From: a virus
Reading direction: 5' to 3' (one strand)
IMG/VR virus record: IMGVR_UViG_3300017783_000010
Coordinates: 5,724 to 69,723 of that record
DNA: 64,000 nucleotides
Shown: in pieces, positions 28,655 through 38,572 of the stretch
Position numbering within the stretch: position 1 is the first letter of the stretch
How the letters are laid out: every line of letters starts with the position of its first letter
The notes under the pieces: generated by a model
Databases searched by the model: none
Told to the model about the DNA's origin: nothing
The model's input: only the letters and a program-made list of their open reading frames with translations
Made by a program: the position numbers and the translations under genes

Positions 28655-28790
28655 TTGGACGCAATCGCTTGCAATTCAATGAGTTGTAAGCGATTTTTTT
28701 ATTTTATATAAAATTTATTATATTAATTACTTGCAGGGTATTGTTTATTGTCTTATCTTGCATACATATTATTTAATCAATCAAAAACTT
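28655..28790 (+). repeat. 136-bp terminator+promoter module, copy 2
   Basis: Direct repeat of 25745-25880. Confidence 0.9.
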
Positions 28791-28795
28791 AAATT

Positions 28796-29536
28796 ATGAT
28801 TTTAGCGGAATTAGTAAACGACAAAGCAGCAAACGCAATCTTAGATGCAAAGCCTTTATTCGAGAACTCAAGATCTTATGACTCTCTAGGGCACAGAAAA
28901 GTTTTTAATACGTGTTTAGAAACTTTTGAAAAAACCTGTATGCCTATTAGAGATGTATCGCTAAAAGCTAGTAAAGATCATCAAATTTTAGTAGCTGACT
29001 TTGTATTCGACAGCTACTCAAATTACCATGGAATGATGCTTTCTTTTATCTCGAGCCTAAATAAGCAAAAAGCTTTAGGCGTAGCAGCAGGAGCAAAAAC
29101 CTTTATCTGCCAAAATGGGATGATCTTAGGAGATATGACAGGCAAAAGAAAGCATACAACAACGGTCAAATTATGGATGCAAGATTTTATCAAGTATGCT
29201 GCAGAACAGATGTACTCTCAAGAATCTTTAATCCTTAGAAAATTCGATGCTCTTAAAGAGCAATGGATGAGCCAACAAGAAATGGCAGAACTGGCAGGCG
29301 TTATGGCCTATGAAGGCTTACTAAAGCCTAACCAGTTTGGGAAAGTCATCAATGAAATTAAAACCCCATGTTTTAATTACTCTGAAAACTCGGATAGTAA
29401 AATCTTTGTAGATAATAACGATACAAAGTATTCATTCTTTCAACATGTTACACACGCTATGAAGAGTGAAGGAGTCCGTACTTCACAAAAATCTTTAAAA
29501 AATACGGTAGACTTTTTGCTGCAATCAGTAAATTAA
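28796..29536 (+). CDS. DUF932-like phage/plasmid protein
   Basis: AGAKTFICQNGMI...KRKHT pattern. Confidence 0.6.
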   Translation: MILAELVNDKAANAILDAKPLFENSRSYDSLGHRKVFNTCLETFEKTCMPIRDVSLKASKDHQILVADFVFDSYSNYHGMMLSFISSLNKQKALGVAAGAKTFICQNGMILGDMTGKRKHTTTVKLWMQDFIKYAAEQMYSQESLILRKFDALKEQWMSQQEMAELAGVMAYEGLLKPNQFGKVINEIKTPCFNYSENSDSKIFVDNNDTKYSFFQHVTHAMKSEGVRTSQKSLKNTVDFLLQSVN

Positions 29537-29551
29537 TTTGGACGCCACTAT

Positions 29552-29684
29552 TTGGACGCAATCGCTTGCACTTCAATGAGTTGTAAGCGATTCTTTATTT
29601 TATCTGAAATTTATTATATTAATTACTTGCTTGGTATCAAAAATTATAGTACCTTGTAAGCATATTATTTAATCAATTAAAAAC
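29552..29684 (+). repeat. Terminator+promoter module, diverged copy 3
   Basis: ttggacgcaatcgcttgca.ttcaatgagttgtaagcgatt...attatattaattacttgc...catattatttaatcaat. Confidence 0.8.
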
Positions 29685-29690
29685 AAGGAA

Positions 29691-29945
29691 ATGACAAAAC
29701 AAGAAATTTTAGAGAAATATGGGAAAATAAACTTAAAATTTACTACCTATTTCAAGTATGAGTTTTATTTTCTTGGTGTGACTGAAAATGGAACTCAAAT
29801 TTACACTAGCATTGGAGGTTGTTCTTCTGAAATTTACAATTTAGATGTGTCATCGGATGCTAAAGAAACATTAATCTCATTAGAGACCCAATGGGTAATT
29901 ATTACCCTAAATGGCAAAGAAATAGGGGGATATGATGAGCGATAA
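29691..29945 (+). CDS. Hypothetical protein
   Basis: 84-aa ORF after module copy 3. Confidence 0.6.
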   Translation: MTKQEILEKYGKINLKFTTYFKYEFYFLGVTENGTQIYTSIGGCSSEIYNLDVSSDAKETLISLETQWVIITLNGKEIGGYDER

Positions 29946-30014
29946 TAAGAAAAAAAATCTGGTCTAGCTATTGACTTGTAAGCATAATTTTAGTATATTG
30001 CAAATAAAAAAGTT

Positions 30015-30779
30015 ATGACCAGATTTTTACTACTTTTATTCGTTGTTTTTTCTTCTTGTCAAAAAGACACAGTTGAAAAACTCGAATTTGAAAAACTCGA
30101 ATCTGAAAAACTCGAATCTGAAAAACTCGAATTTGAAAAACTCGAATCTGAAAAACTCGAATCTGAAAAACTCGAATCTGAAAAACTCGAATTTGAAAAA
30201 CTCGATCAGATCAGAATTAAAACGCAAAGAGATAAGTTTCGTTTTAATGCGTTTAAAACGCATATTAAATCGTTTAAAACGCTAAATAACGCTAAAGTAG
30301 CGTTTGTACTTAGCGTTGCAAAAAACGCTAGAGTTGAAAGTAGAGTTTCTAATATACCTGCTTCCTTATATGTTGCTATGGCTATACAAGAAACTGGTTG
30401 GGGTACTAGTAAAGCCTTTAAAAAAGGGTTTTCGATAGGCAATATTAAATACTACTCGGAGAATAATTTAGCACTAGCGCAGTTAAAAAAAGATTTTCCT
30501 CATGCTAAATTCGACCTAATAAATATACACGATGATAGTCCAACAGATATGTTTGTACTTTATGAGAATCAAGAGCAGGCACTCAGGCATATATCGTATA
30601 ACTTGCAAGGAAAGTATATAAGCTATTGCAAAAACCATCATAATGTATATGAGTGGTTTAAAGCACTGCAAGCCATCGACCCAAAAAATGGAAAGTACGC
30701 TTGGGCAACCGACCCCAAATACCTTAATAAATTAACTAGCTTAGTTAGAAAATATAAGCTATATTTAATAGATATATAA
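30015..30779 (+). CDS. Lipoprotein with glucosaminidase (GH73/FlgJ-like) domain
   Basis: FSSC lipobox; AMAIQETGWGTS, GNIK, WATDPKY motifs; EKLE(S/F) repeat linker. Confidence 0.8.
   Translation: MTRFLLLLFVVFSSCQKDTVEKLEFEKLESEKLESEKLEFEKLESEKLESEKLESEKLEFEKLDQIRIKTQRDKFRFNAFKTHIKSFKTLNNAKVAFVLSVAKNARVESRVSNIPASLYVAMAIQETGWGTSKAFKKGFSIGNIKYYSENNLALAQLKKDFPHAKFDLINIHDDSPTDMFVLYENQEQALRHISYNLQGKYISYCKNHHNVYEWFKALQAIDPKNGKYAWATDPKYLNKLTSLVRKYKLYLIDI
30075..30205 (+). repeat. 15-bp tandem repeat (8 full + 1 partial) encoding EKLE(S/F)
   Basis: gaaaaactcgaat(c/t)t units. Confidence 0.95.
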
Positions 30780-30805
30780 AGAGATTGTTTTGATTGATAA
30801 TTTGA

Positions 30806-30836
30806 GGGATATGGCTTAGGCTGTATCCCTTTTTTA
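30806..30836 (+). terminator. Intrinsic terminator
   Basis: gggatatggcttaggctgtatccc followed by a T run. Confidence 0.6.
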
Positions 30837-30858
30837 TTTGCTCGATGCTCGATGCTTG

Positions 30859-30988
30859 GCTCGATGGTTGATAGGATAGCTCGATGGTTGGCATGATAGC
30901 TCGATGGTTGGCATGATAGCTCGATGGTTGGCATGATAGCTCGATGGTTGATAGGATAGATCGATGGTTGATAGGATAGCTCGATGGT
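30859..30988 (+). repeat. 20-bp tandem repeat (about 6.5 copies), intergenic
   Basis: gctcgatggttg(atag/gcat)gata units, preceded by gctcgat x2. Confidence 0.95.
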
Positions 30989-31197
30989 ATACTTACATAA
31001 CAGTATACTTACATTAACTAAAAATTTTTATTACTTATATATCCGCAAGTTAGAAGTAAATTTCTTATTAGTGGTGGACTATTGTTTCAATTTATTGGAC
31101 TATTGTTTCAAAAAAAAAGAAAAAAAATTTGCTTTATTTAAAATATTGTTTTTATATTTGTGGCGTACTTATTTATTAATCAATCAAAACAAAAAAT

Positions 31198-31920
31198 ATG
31201 TTTTTACTTTCAAATTCTACTGGTAACACAAAGATGCGAAAAGCTGAAAAAGAAAATTATTTGTCTTATTCTCTAAATCTATTACCGCACAGAAATACAA
31301 TAGGCGGCAAAACTGTGAATGTATGTCCTTTTGCGGGCTCATGTTCAAAAGTTTGCGTAGGAGAAAATGGGCACTTTGCTATGAAAAACGGTGTAGCATA
31401 TCATAAGCAATATATGAACACTTTGTTGTTTACGCACGAAAGGGAAATATTTTTTAATAAACTAGATCAGGACTTAAAACAAGTAGAAAAAATACAAGCG
31501 AAAAAAGCCAAAAAAGTGGCGGTTCGTTTGAATGCATATAGCGATTTAAATTTTGAAAAGTTATCTAAAAGATACTTAAAAGAAAATATCTTTGAACTGT
31601 TTCCAACTATTCAGTTCTACGACTATACAAAAGATGTAAAAAAGTTTGTAGATAATAAAATAAAAAATTATCACCTAACTTTTTCACACGACGAAAAAGG
31701 TAAATTTTTTTGGTCAAATACTGCAATAGTTTTTGAGAAATTACCAAAAACTTACAAAGGTATGCCAGTTTTTGACGGAGACGCAACAGACCTTAGATTT
31801 TTAGACCCCGAAACCCATGTTATCGGTCTTAAATTCAAAGGTTCAAAGGCAAAACTTTTAAACTCAATTGCTGGCGGGTTTACAATTAGCCAAAAGGATA
31901 AAAATTGTAATTATGTGTAA
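31198..31920 (+). CDS. GP88-like phage protein
   Basis: LLSNSTGNTK, VCPFAGSCSKVC, VRLNAYSD, FYDYTK, DGDATDLRFLD. Confidence 0.65.
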   Translation: MFLLSNSTGNTKMRKAEKENYLSYSLNLLPHRNTIGGKTVNVCPFAGSCSKVCVGENGHFAMKNGVAYHKQYMNTLLFTHEREIFFNKLDQDLKQVEKIQAKKAKKVAVRLNAYSDLNFEKLSKRYLKENIFELFPTIQFYDYTKDVKKFVDNKIKNYHLTFSHDEKGKFFWSNTAIVFEKLPKTYKGMPVFDGDATDLRFLDPETHVIGLKFKGSKAKLLNSIAGGFTISQKDKNCNYV

Positions 31921-32014
31921 AAAAATTATATGTTTATTAGTAGTGCTTGCAATTGCAAGCACTGCATTAAATGCGGGAATACCATTAGTTAATTAATCAA
32001 AAATAAAAAATAAT

Positions 32015-32368
32015 ATGCAAGTAAGAGTAGTAACAGTACCCGTACAATTAAATCATTTAATTGTAATAGGGGAAATTATAACAATTGAGCCCCAAACATA
32101 CCGTACTGACACTTGTATCCATGTAGGTAATATTATAAATATTAAAAATAATCAAGTGTTTAGCGGACGAATGTATTACAAAGGGTATATGAAGGGCGAA
32201 CAATTACCTAAAAATTTTGAATGGCTAAATAAGCCAATTATTGCTAACAAAGGCACATTTAATGGTAATATTCGGTATATAAAAAGGAACGGAGATAGTT
32301 ACCTAAATTTAATTAAAAATAGTCTAGGTTACGGAATAAAATTAGAAGAATTTTTTGAACGAGTATAA
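32015..32368 (+). CDS. Hypothetical early protein
   Basis: 117-aa ORF. Confidence 0.55.
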   Translation: MQVRVVTVPVQLNHLIVIGEIITIEPQTYRTDTCIHVGNIINIKNNQVFSGRMYYKGYMKGEQLPKNFEWLNKPIIANKGTFNGNIRYIKRNGDSYLNLIKNSLGYGIKLEEFFERV

Positions 32369-32382
32369 ATTTAATTTAATTT

Positions 32383-32438
32383 AATTACTTGCTTTTTATT
32401 GTTTATTGTCTTAACTTGCGTACATATTATTTAATCAA
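32383..32438 (+). promoter_or_regulatory. Repeated early promoter (also about 33126-33178, 34201-34250)
   Basis: aattacttgc...ttattgtcttaacttgcgtacatattatttaat core shared with the 136-bp module. Confidence 0.65.
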
Positions 32439-32455
32439 AAAAAAATTTATTTACT

Positions 32456-32761
32456 ATGTATACTTTTGTAACCTATAATAATAAGAGCATAAAATTTGCT
32501 GAAATTGTGCCAAATGGTATAAAATTTGTGACCTTAAAAACAATATTGAATAATAAGGGTAACATTAATTTAAGTTATTCCCTACACCTTGAAACTAGGT
32601 TTTTAAAATTGATGCTAAAAACCTTGCCATTCAAAGAAAAAGTAGATTATAATCTATGGTTTAACAATTGCGAAAATAGGCCGACTGTTTTTGAATGTTT
32701 AGAATATTTAGTCCAAAAAGAATATATTAGTCCGAACATACGCGGCACAAAATTAACATAA
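32456..32761 (+). CDS. Hypothetical early protein
   Basis: 101-aa ORF after repeated promoter. Confidence 0.55.
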   Translation: MYTFVTYNNKSIKFAEIVPNGIKFVTLKTILNNKGNINLSYSLHLETRFLKLMLKTLPFKEKVDYNLWFNNCENRPTVFECLEYLVQKEYISPNIRGTKLT

Positions 32762-32812
32762 ATGTGCTTTTTTATAATTGCTTCATGTTATTAATTATTT
32801 AATCAAAAATAA

Positions 32813-33050
32813 AATGGTTAATTTAAAATCAAAAACAATAATAGACGACAATATAAGGTTTGATGGTAAGTTTTATAGATATGTAAACCACGATGCTAAA
32901 TTGCTGACTACTGGTTTTCGTACTAAAAATGGACTACTAAGAAACAAGGATATAATAAGATTTGATGATAGAGCAGTATTAAGTATGCGAAATAGATACG
33001 AAAGTTTTTATGGTGCTAACGGTCTTAAAAAAGACCTTAATATAGTATAA
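32813..33050 (+). CDS. Hypothetical early protein
   Basis: Track ORF 32778-33050; internal ATG near 32814 more likely. Confidence 0.5.
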
Positions 33051-33192
33051 CAACTTTTGCTCGTTTTATTGACTTTTGCTTGCATTGCTAGCAATGCAAG
33101 CAACTTTTTTTTTGTCAAAGTTATTAATTACTTGCTTTTTATTGCTTATTGTCTTAACTTGCGTACATATTATTTAATTAAAATTTGGGAAA

Positions 33193-33384
33193 ATGAATTA
33201 TGACAAATTAGTTTGGAAATTGAGAAAAAAAGCATTTGACAAGCGAGTAGCTGAAAAAGATATTCAATTTGATAGAATTTTAAAAGAAGCTATCAAAAGG
33301 AAAATCCAATCCTACCATAAAACGGAAGAATTTTTGTTGGCTGAAATGGAAAAATCCGAAAAGCTTTTATTTCGGACTAGATAA
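33193..33384 (+). CDS. Hypothetical early protein
   Basis: 63 aa after repeated promoter; terminator-like hairpin at 33396-33422. Confidence 0.55.
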   Translation: MNYDKLVWKLRKKAFDKRVAEKDIQFDRILKEAIKRKIQSYHKTEEFLLAEMEKSEKLLFRTR

Positions 33385-34465
33385 ACATTTACTCAAGCTC
33401 GTTATGAAAATAACGGGCTTTTGGTGGTAGAAGTTTAAAAAAAAATAGGGAAATGAAAGTCAACACAATTGATACTCTCTATGATTTAAAGAATTTAAGA
33501 GAGCATTTATCTGAAACGTTGAAAAACGCAACTGTTTCAGAAATATATAAATCGCCTATATCTTATAGTTTTAGAGTTTATGTAAAAGGTAAGACAATAG
33601 GTTTTTATCAGGCATTTCATTGATATTGCCGATATACCCTCCCCGAAGCTATGATTTTAAGAATTGCTTGCATTGCAAGCAATTTTTTTTTTGTCTATTG
33701 TTAACAATATATACACGTTTGTTTATTATTTGTAAACTTTGTTTACTTACTTTTTACGTGTGAATAGTGCTAATAAAAGATTTTATCTTTTTTATGCTAA
33801 GATATAGGAGACAAAAAAAATCGTTTATAGGACGATATAAAGCTAATTACAGTATTTGATACTATTTTATATAATTGTGTGCAATTGCGTGCAAGTGATA
33901 GAGTTTATTATTAGATAGTTCTACTATTGCAAATGATAGTATTACTATCATTTTAGTTAGTATTACTCTACGAAACTTTTCGTACTTTATTGCGGTCTAT
34001 ATTTTTAGTACACTTGACCTAATTTATTTGCTGCGATTTTTCTGCCGAAAAAGCAAATTTTTTTTTAAGTTTTAACACATTTTTGTTTTTATTATTTGTT
34101 ATTGCACGCATTGCTTGCACTATTTTGCTTTTTTGTCAATATATTGTTATGACTTACCGCTTTGCTTGCATAGCGTGCAATTTAATTTTTATTTTCTTAT
34201 TTACTTGCTTGGTATTGTTTATTATCTTATCTTTGTATTATCAATCAATCAAAATAGTTATTATGAAACTTTTTACTTTAGTATTTAGAAGCAAAAAAAA
34301 TAGAAACCATTGGAACTCTAGCCTCCATAAGGATAGAGTTCAAGACCGTGGAGTAACCCTATATATGACGAATGGGGTGCTGCATCGGTAGCAATTAATT
34401 TTTATTTGCTTTTTATTGTATAAGGTTTTATCTTTGTACTATCAATTAACCAAAATTTTTATAAA

Positions 34466-34654
34466 ATGATAGAAGTAAGTTTGGAATTTTTTAACCGATA
34501 CATAAGCACACGTAAGTATGATGTTAGAACAATAGTCAAGGGCAAATTTCCATACACGTCTGAGATTAGGTGTAAAGTAACCAATAAGCTTGTAGGTAAA
34601 GTAGTGGACTCTTTTCCTCGTCCAGTGACTAGTAAATATTATATTTTTGAGTAA
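34466..34654 (+). CDS. Hypothetical protein
   Basis: 62 aa preceded by TATCTTTG promoter-like motif. Confidence 0.5.
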   Translation: MIEVSLEFFNRYISTRKYDVRTIVKGKFPYTSEIRCKVTNKLVGKVVDSFPRPVTSKYYIFE

Positions 34655-34743
34655 TATTTGCACGCATTGCTTGCACACTGTTAGATTGCTTGCTTTGCGT
34701 GCATATTGTTAGATTGCACGCAATGCGTGCATATTGTTAGCAA

Positions 34744-34759
34744 TGTTCCACGTGGAACA
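34744..34759. promoter_or_regulatory. parS-consensus palindrome
   Basis: Perfect TGTTCCACGTGGAACA, matching the bacterial chromosomal parS consensus TGTTNCACGTGNAACA. Confidence 0.75.
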
Positions 34760-34784
34760 CATTTATTAATCAAAAATTATTACT

Positions 34785-34973
34785 ATGTTGTATTCTGTTT
34801 GTATTGAGGGCGAAGGTATTATCTCTTATGATATATTAAATTTAGCTGTAAATAAGGCCAAAGCTTTTAAGTTGAAATACCCTAATAAGGAAATTTCTGT
34901 TGTGTGGTCTTCATGGTATGAGGGCAAAAAAGGTAACCCGTCAGAATTTCATAATAGAATAATAATTGAATAG
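34785..34973 (+). CDS. Hypothetical protein
   Basis: 62-aa ORF between the repeat clusters. Confidence 0.5.
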   Translation: MLYSVCIEGEGIISYDILNLAVNKAKAFKLKYPNKEISVVWSSWYEGKKGNPSEFHNRIIIE

Positions 34974-35522
34974 GTGCGCACCTTGTTAGATTGCGCGCTA
35001 TGCTTGCACCTTGTTATAGAATATTTGCGCGCTATGCTTGCACCTTGTTAGAAAATAGTTGCAAGCATAGCGCGCACACTGTTAGGAATCGCAATCGCAG
35101 GCAGTGCGCGCAAGGGTACGTAACGAGCAAAATGTAAAATTAGTATTTTTAATTGGATTGCTAATTTTAGCAATTATAGGCAAGTCAAGAACTAAAATAA
35201 AAAGGCAGCGAATGCAATGCGTGCAACGCTGCCTAAAATAGAAATCAAAGAGTCAGAAGATTATCTAGCCTTTGATTTGCGGCCATAAATGGCAAAGCGG
35301 TCAAAATACATCCCTTTGTAGAATCTGCGTCTAAACATTATCTATGATTTGGTTTAAAAAAGATACGCATTCTTGCGCATTTATATAATAAGCTATTTTA
35401 AAGCCCTGTAAGCGACGATAAGTCGCAAAGTAGGTACTTAATCTATAATGCCTTTAAATGTCCTTAAAGTGGCTGTAAGCCGCTATAGAGGGAATATAAG
35501 GCAGAAGCAAGAAGAGTGCGCA

Positions 35523-35849
35523 CTAGTGCAAGTCGCTTTCATTTGCGGGCAATCTTAATAACTGCCGTACTAACGCAATATAACTCATCTGTAATTGGCC
35601 AGAATACTTGCCAGAATATTCGTTACGAACATAGAACAAAGACTTACCATTAAGATTGTTATAATACCCAATACGATACTTACCATCTGAAAGATCAGTA
35701 ATGATCTCTTCTCTGAATGATTTTAAGCCCCTATAAGGGGATATAAGTAATAAATAATCGGGAAGGTCTTTCAAAGTGTAATCTCTTCTTAGAGCCTTCT
35801 GTAGCTTCATTAAAAACAACTCTTTATCATGTAGCTGAGATATGAACAT
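35523..35849 (-). CDS. Hypothetical protein
   Basis: 108-aa ORF in minus-strand cluster. Confidence 0.55.
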   Translation of the reverse strand: MFISQLHDKELFLMKLQKALRRDYTLKDLPDYLLLISPYRGLKSFREEIITDLSDGKYRIGYYNNLNGKSLFYVRNEYSGKYSGQLQMSYIALVRQLLRLPANESDLH

Positions 35850-35851
35850 AT

Positions 35852-36154
35852 CTATTTTTTAGTGTGTAATCTTACGATATTCCCTAAGTAAATTCTTATC
35901 TGGCCACTTTTTTTGTACGGCACTAATTTTTTTGTGTATTGGACACACTTATAATATATATTATAAGTTTTTCTTTCTAGGTCATACCTAATAATTGGCG
36001 CAATGATCTTACCTATTTGGTAGTGATCCTCAATTATATCTCCTACCTTATAAGGATTATTCTTCTTTGCCTCCTCAAATAGCACTTTCTTTATATTATC
36101 TCTATATTCTCGCTCTAAATTAGCCATGCGAGTTTTAGCGTCAATTGAAATCAT
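35852..36154 (-). CDS. Hypothetical protein
   Basis: 100 aa, NNPYKVGDIIEDH. Confidence 0.6.
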   Translation of the reverse strand: MISIDAKTRMANLEREYRDNIKKVLFEEAKKNNPYKVGDIIEDHYQIGKIIAPIIRYDLERKTYNIYYKCVQYTKKLVPYKKSGQIRIYLGNIVRLHTKK

Positions 36155-36218
36155 GATATCTATTTTTGATTCGAGTGTAATCTTACGATATTTTTGACAT
36201 AAACCGTTATCTTTAATA

Positions 36219-36395
36219 CTACCTTACGTCTATTTCAACAATACTAACCATTCCGTCTTGTTGAACTTTTTCAAGTGTATAATTACACATACTCCAATCT
36301 TCTTCATCAATAGCCTTTTGAGCTTTTGACTTAGATGTAAAATAACCTTGTGCAACAGGCATTTCCCATTCGCACCAAATTTTGTAAATTGTCAT
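36219..36395 (-). CDS. Hypothetical protein (58 aa, not in ORF track)
   Basis: Manual translation MTIYKIWCEWEMPVAQGYFTSKSKAQKAIDEEDW...VEIDVR*. Confidence 0.55.
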   Translation of the reverse strand: MTIYKIWCEWEMPVAQGYFTSKSKAQKAIDEEDWSMCNYTLEKVQQDGMVSIVEIDVR

Positions 36396-36417
36396 CTTTA
36401 TTTATTTATTTTTTTAG

Positions 36418-36612
36418 TTAACAATAATAATCTCCTGATCTAATATCTTCAGGTAAGCTATCCCAAGAAGGTAAATCTCTTGAGTCAATATGCTGGGTAT
36501 CTGACAAGCACACACCTCTAGGGATACCTTCTGGCGGCTTAATGAATGTAGTCCAAAGTTTCCCATCTGTTGTTCTGTACCAATACCTAATAATCAATCT
36601 ATCTTTTGACAT
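36418..36612 (-). CDS. Hypothetical protein
   Basis: 64-aa ORF. Confidence 0.5.
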   Translation of the reverse strand: MSKDRLIIRYWYRTTDGKLWTTFIKPPEGIPRGVCLSDTQHIDSRDLPSWDSLPEDIRSGDYYC

Positions 36613-36674
36613 ATAGTTAGTTTTTTATTCTATTGCAAGATAAGAACTTATTTCGTAATATGCAAGAGCTAGTA

Positions 36675-37259
36675 CTAATTTAGTGACTCGATTATCACTA
36701 GCATCTCCGATACGTGAGCATCAATATCGAAATTACCTCTTCGGGCTATGATATTGTCAGGTGAACCTGCATAGCTATTATGTTTTGACCGATTATCTTT
36801 TGAGGATAGATACTGTAGATTAGTATAGTGGCAACAGACCTTTACGTGATCTTCATTAGATAAATCGAACCAACTAAACGGAATTATATGGTCAATATGT
36901 AAGTCTGTTAAATCTTCAGCACTTGGACACCCGTTCATGTGCCAAAAATCGTTAGCAGAGCAGCCTACTAATTTTATTTTATCAGTATTTTGATAGTTAT
37001 ATAATAGTTTAGTGCTAATGCTTCTTACCCACTGCTTAGCATTTCTTTCCCTTCTTTGTAATTCCTTATAACTATTATTATATTCTTCTAAAATAGCTAA
37101 CATCTCTTTCTTAGTATACCTTTGTAATAGTTTTATCACTTCATCTCTGCTATATTCCCTCAACTTTTCTACGATACCACTATATTTAGATGTATCTGAT
37201 TTCTTGTTTTTACCTTTTAAACTGCTCATATTATGTAACTTTAAAATTAAAAAGGCCAC
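36675..37259 (-). CDS. HNH-family endonuclease
   Basis: HIDHIIP...HYTNLQYLSSKDNRSK. Confidence 0.8.
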   Translation of the reverse strand: MAFLILKLHNMSSLKGKNKKSDTSKYSGIVEKLREYSRDEVIKLLQRYTKKEMLAILEEYNNSYKELQRRERNAKQWVRSISTKLLYNYQNTDKIKLVGCSANDFWHMNGCPSAEDLTDLHIDHIIPFSWFDLSNEDHVKVCCHYTNLQYLSSKDNRSKHNSYAGSPDNIIARRGNFDIDAHVSEMLVIIESLN

Positions 37260-37474
37260 TTACCTTGCGGTAAGCAGCCGAGGAAATAAAGCTAATTCTT
37301 AACTTATATATTTATATATGTAGTATTTTCTATTTTTAATTTTAGCTTTAAGACCTCAACACATTCTATATATAAAACGCATAACATATCAAAAAAGTTG
37401 CGTGAGGGTAAAAAAAATCAGAAAATAATTATATTTTTCTAATTGTCATAAATGACAACACCCAAATCTGGAAA

Positions 37475-37540
37475 ACGGAATTATTATAATTTTCTAGTCA
37501 TGCAATATAGCATTAGCTTACTATTATAATACCTTGACTT
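37475..37540 (-). repeat. Inverted copy of 7037-7102
   Basis: Exact reverse complement; similarity continues to about 37716. Confidence 0.95.
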
Positions 37541-38053
37541 ATTTTTAAAAAATCCATTTCTAAGTAATCTACCTATCAGGGTCTGGGCTTCGCCCAGTGG
37601 CGTTCGCCATTAGAAATAGTACGCCTATTAACTCTTTAGGAGAGAAGAATTTTTTTTGTTTTTTATTTAATTATTAAGAGCGTATAATTAAATTGCAATT
37701 GCTTTTTAAGTGCTTCGTACTTTCATACTGTTTGCTCGCATATTGCTTTCTTCTTTCACAAAGATAACACATACCTCTGGAAAAGCTGCAAGATTTCCGA
37801 TTTATTTTTTAAAAACTTTGCTAGAAATAGCAATTCTGCTCGCATTGCACTCATTTACAAGCCCTTACAGATACAAATATAATTAATTTTGCTCGCATTT
37901 TCAAGCAGTTATCCTTGTCTAATATCTTATTATGACTATTTCTGCACGCAATGCACGCTATGCCCTCAATAATTTGTCAGAATTAACATCCTAATTTATA
38001 AGCTATAAACTATAGGCTGCATATTTTTGTATATTTGTAAAAACAAAACTCAA

Positions 38054-38572
38054 ATGAAGTATTTAAAGTTATTATTCGTGGGTGGTGCAATCTTATTAGC
38101 AAGCTGTAGCTCCCAAGAGCAAGCAATGCGTGTAGGTAGACTATCTAAAGATGCGAAGACTACAAGCTTTGCCTATTCTGATCTAATTGAGGCACATTCA
38201 CCTACTATTGATAGTATAGCTAAAGTAAGTTCCGATAAATATAAGAGGCAGACCGTTAAGATTGGAGGTCGTACTTACTACCTATATTACCAATATACTA
38301 TGAAGGCGAGTGTTACGCTGACACAATTTCCTATCACAAATGAGGAGGAGCTTGCAATTCGCAAGCAGTTTACCGATAATGTAGTAGTAAGTCATAAGTA
38401 TCTAACCAACTTGCGCCAAGAGTTCTCAGAAGATCAACTTCTTGATATTGTGGGGGATAAAGTAGAATGCTTTGATTCGGTAGATTTCTCTGTAAGAGAT
38501 GTGGAATACATCTTAGAGCGTGTAGTATATAGCCAGAAACGTGATCCTAACACCCTAATTTTGCAGAAGTAA
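38054..38572 (+). CDS. Putative lipoprotein
   Basis: MKYLKLLFVGGAILLASC lipobox (ATG about 38054). Confidence 0.6.
   Translation: MKYLKLLFVGGAILLASCSSQEQAMRVGRLSKDAKTTSFAYSDLIEAHSPTIDSIAKVSSDKYKRQTVKIGGRTYYLYYQYTMKASVTLTQFPITNEEELAIRKQFTDNVVVSHKYLTNLRQEFSEDQLLDIVGDKVECFDSVDFSVRDVEYILERVVYSQKRDPNTLILQK

Larger units (their letters stand above)
34659..35087. repeat. Iteron-like TGCnnGCA-pair + TGTTA repeats flanking parS
   Basis: Units at 34659, 34687, 34715 (28-bp period) and 34992, 35026, 35060 (34-bp period). Confidence 0.8.

Noticed and set aside
30036-30285. Alternative-frame ORFs (FEFFR / KNSNL repeats)
   Set aside because: Shadows of the stop-free 15-bp repeat inside the GH73 gene
30859-30988. 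20-bp repeats as a mini-CRISPR array
   Set aside because: Units are contiguous with only two alternative 4-nt variants; no unique spacers and no cas genes
30638-31226. ORFs 30638-30934 (-) and 30984-31226 (+)
   Set aside because: Run through a tandem repeat, terminator and promoter sequence; no protein-like features
34083-34391. 102-aa hydrophobic ORF
   Set aside because: TTG start; the N-terminal part runs through T-rich promoter and TGCnnGCA motifs; at most a short ORF from about 34263 is plausible
35398-35492. Imperfect inverted repeat ccctgtaagcg / cgctatagaggg near the convergence point
   Set aside because: Too short and imperfect to support a call without comparative data
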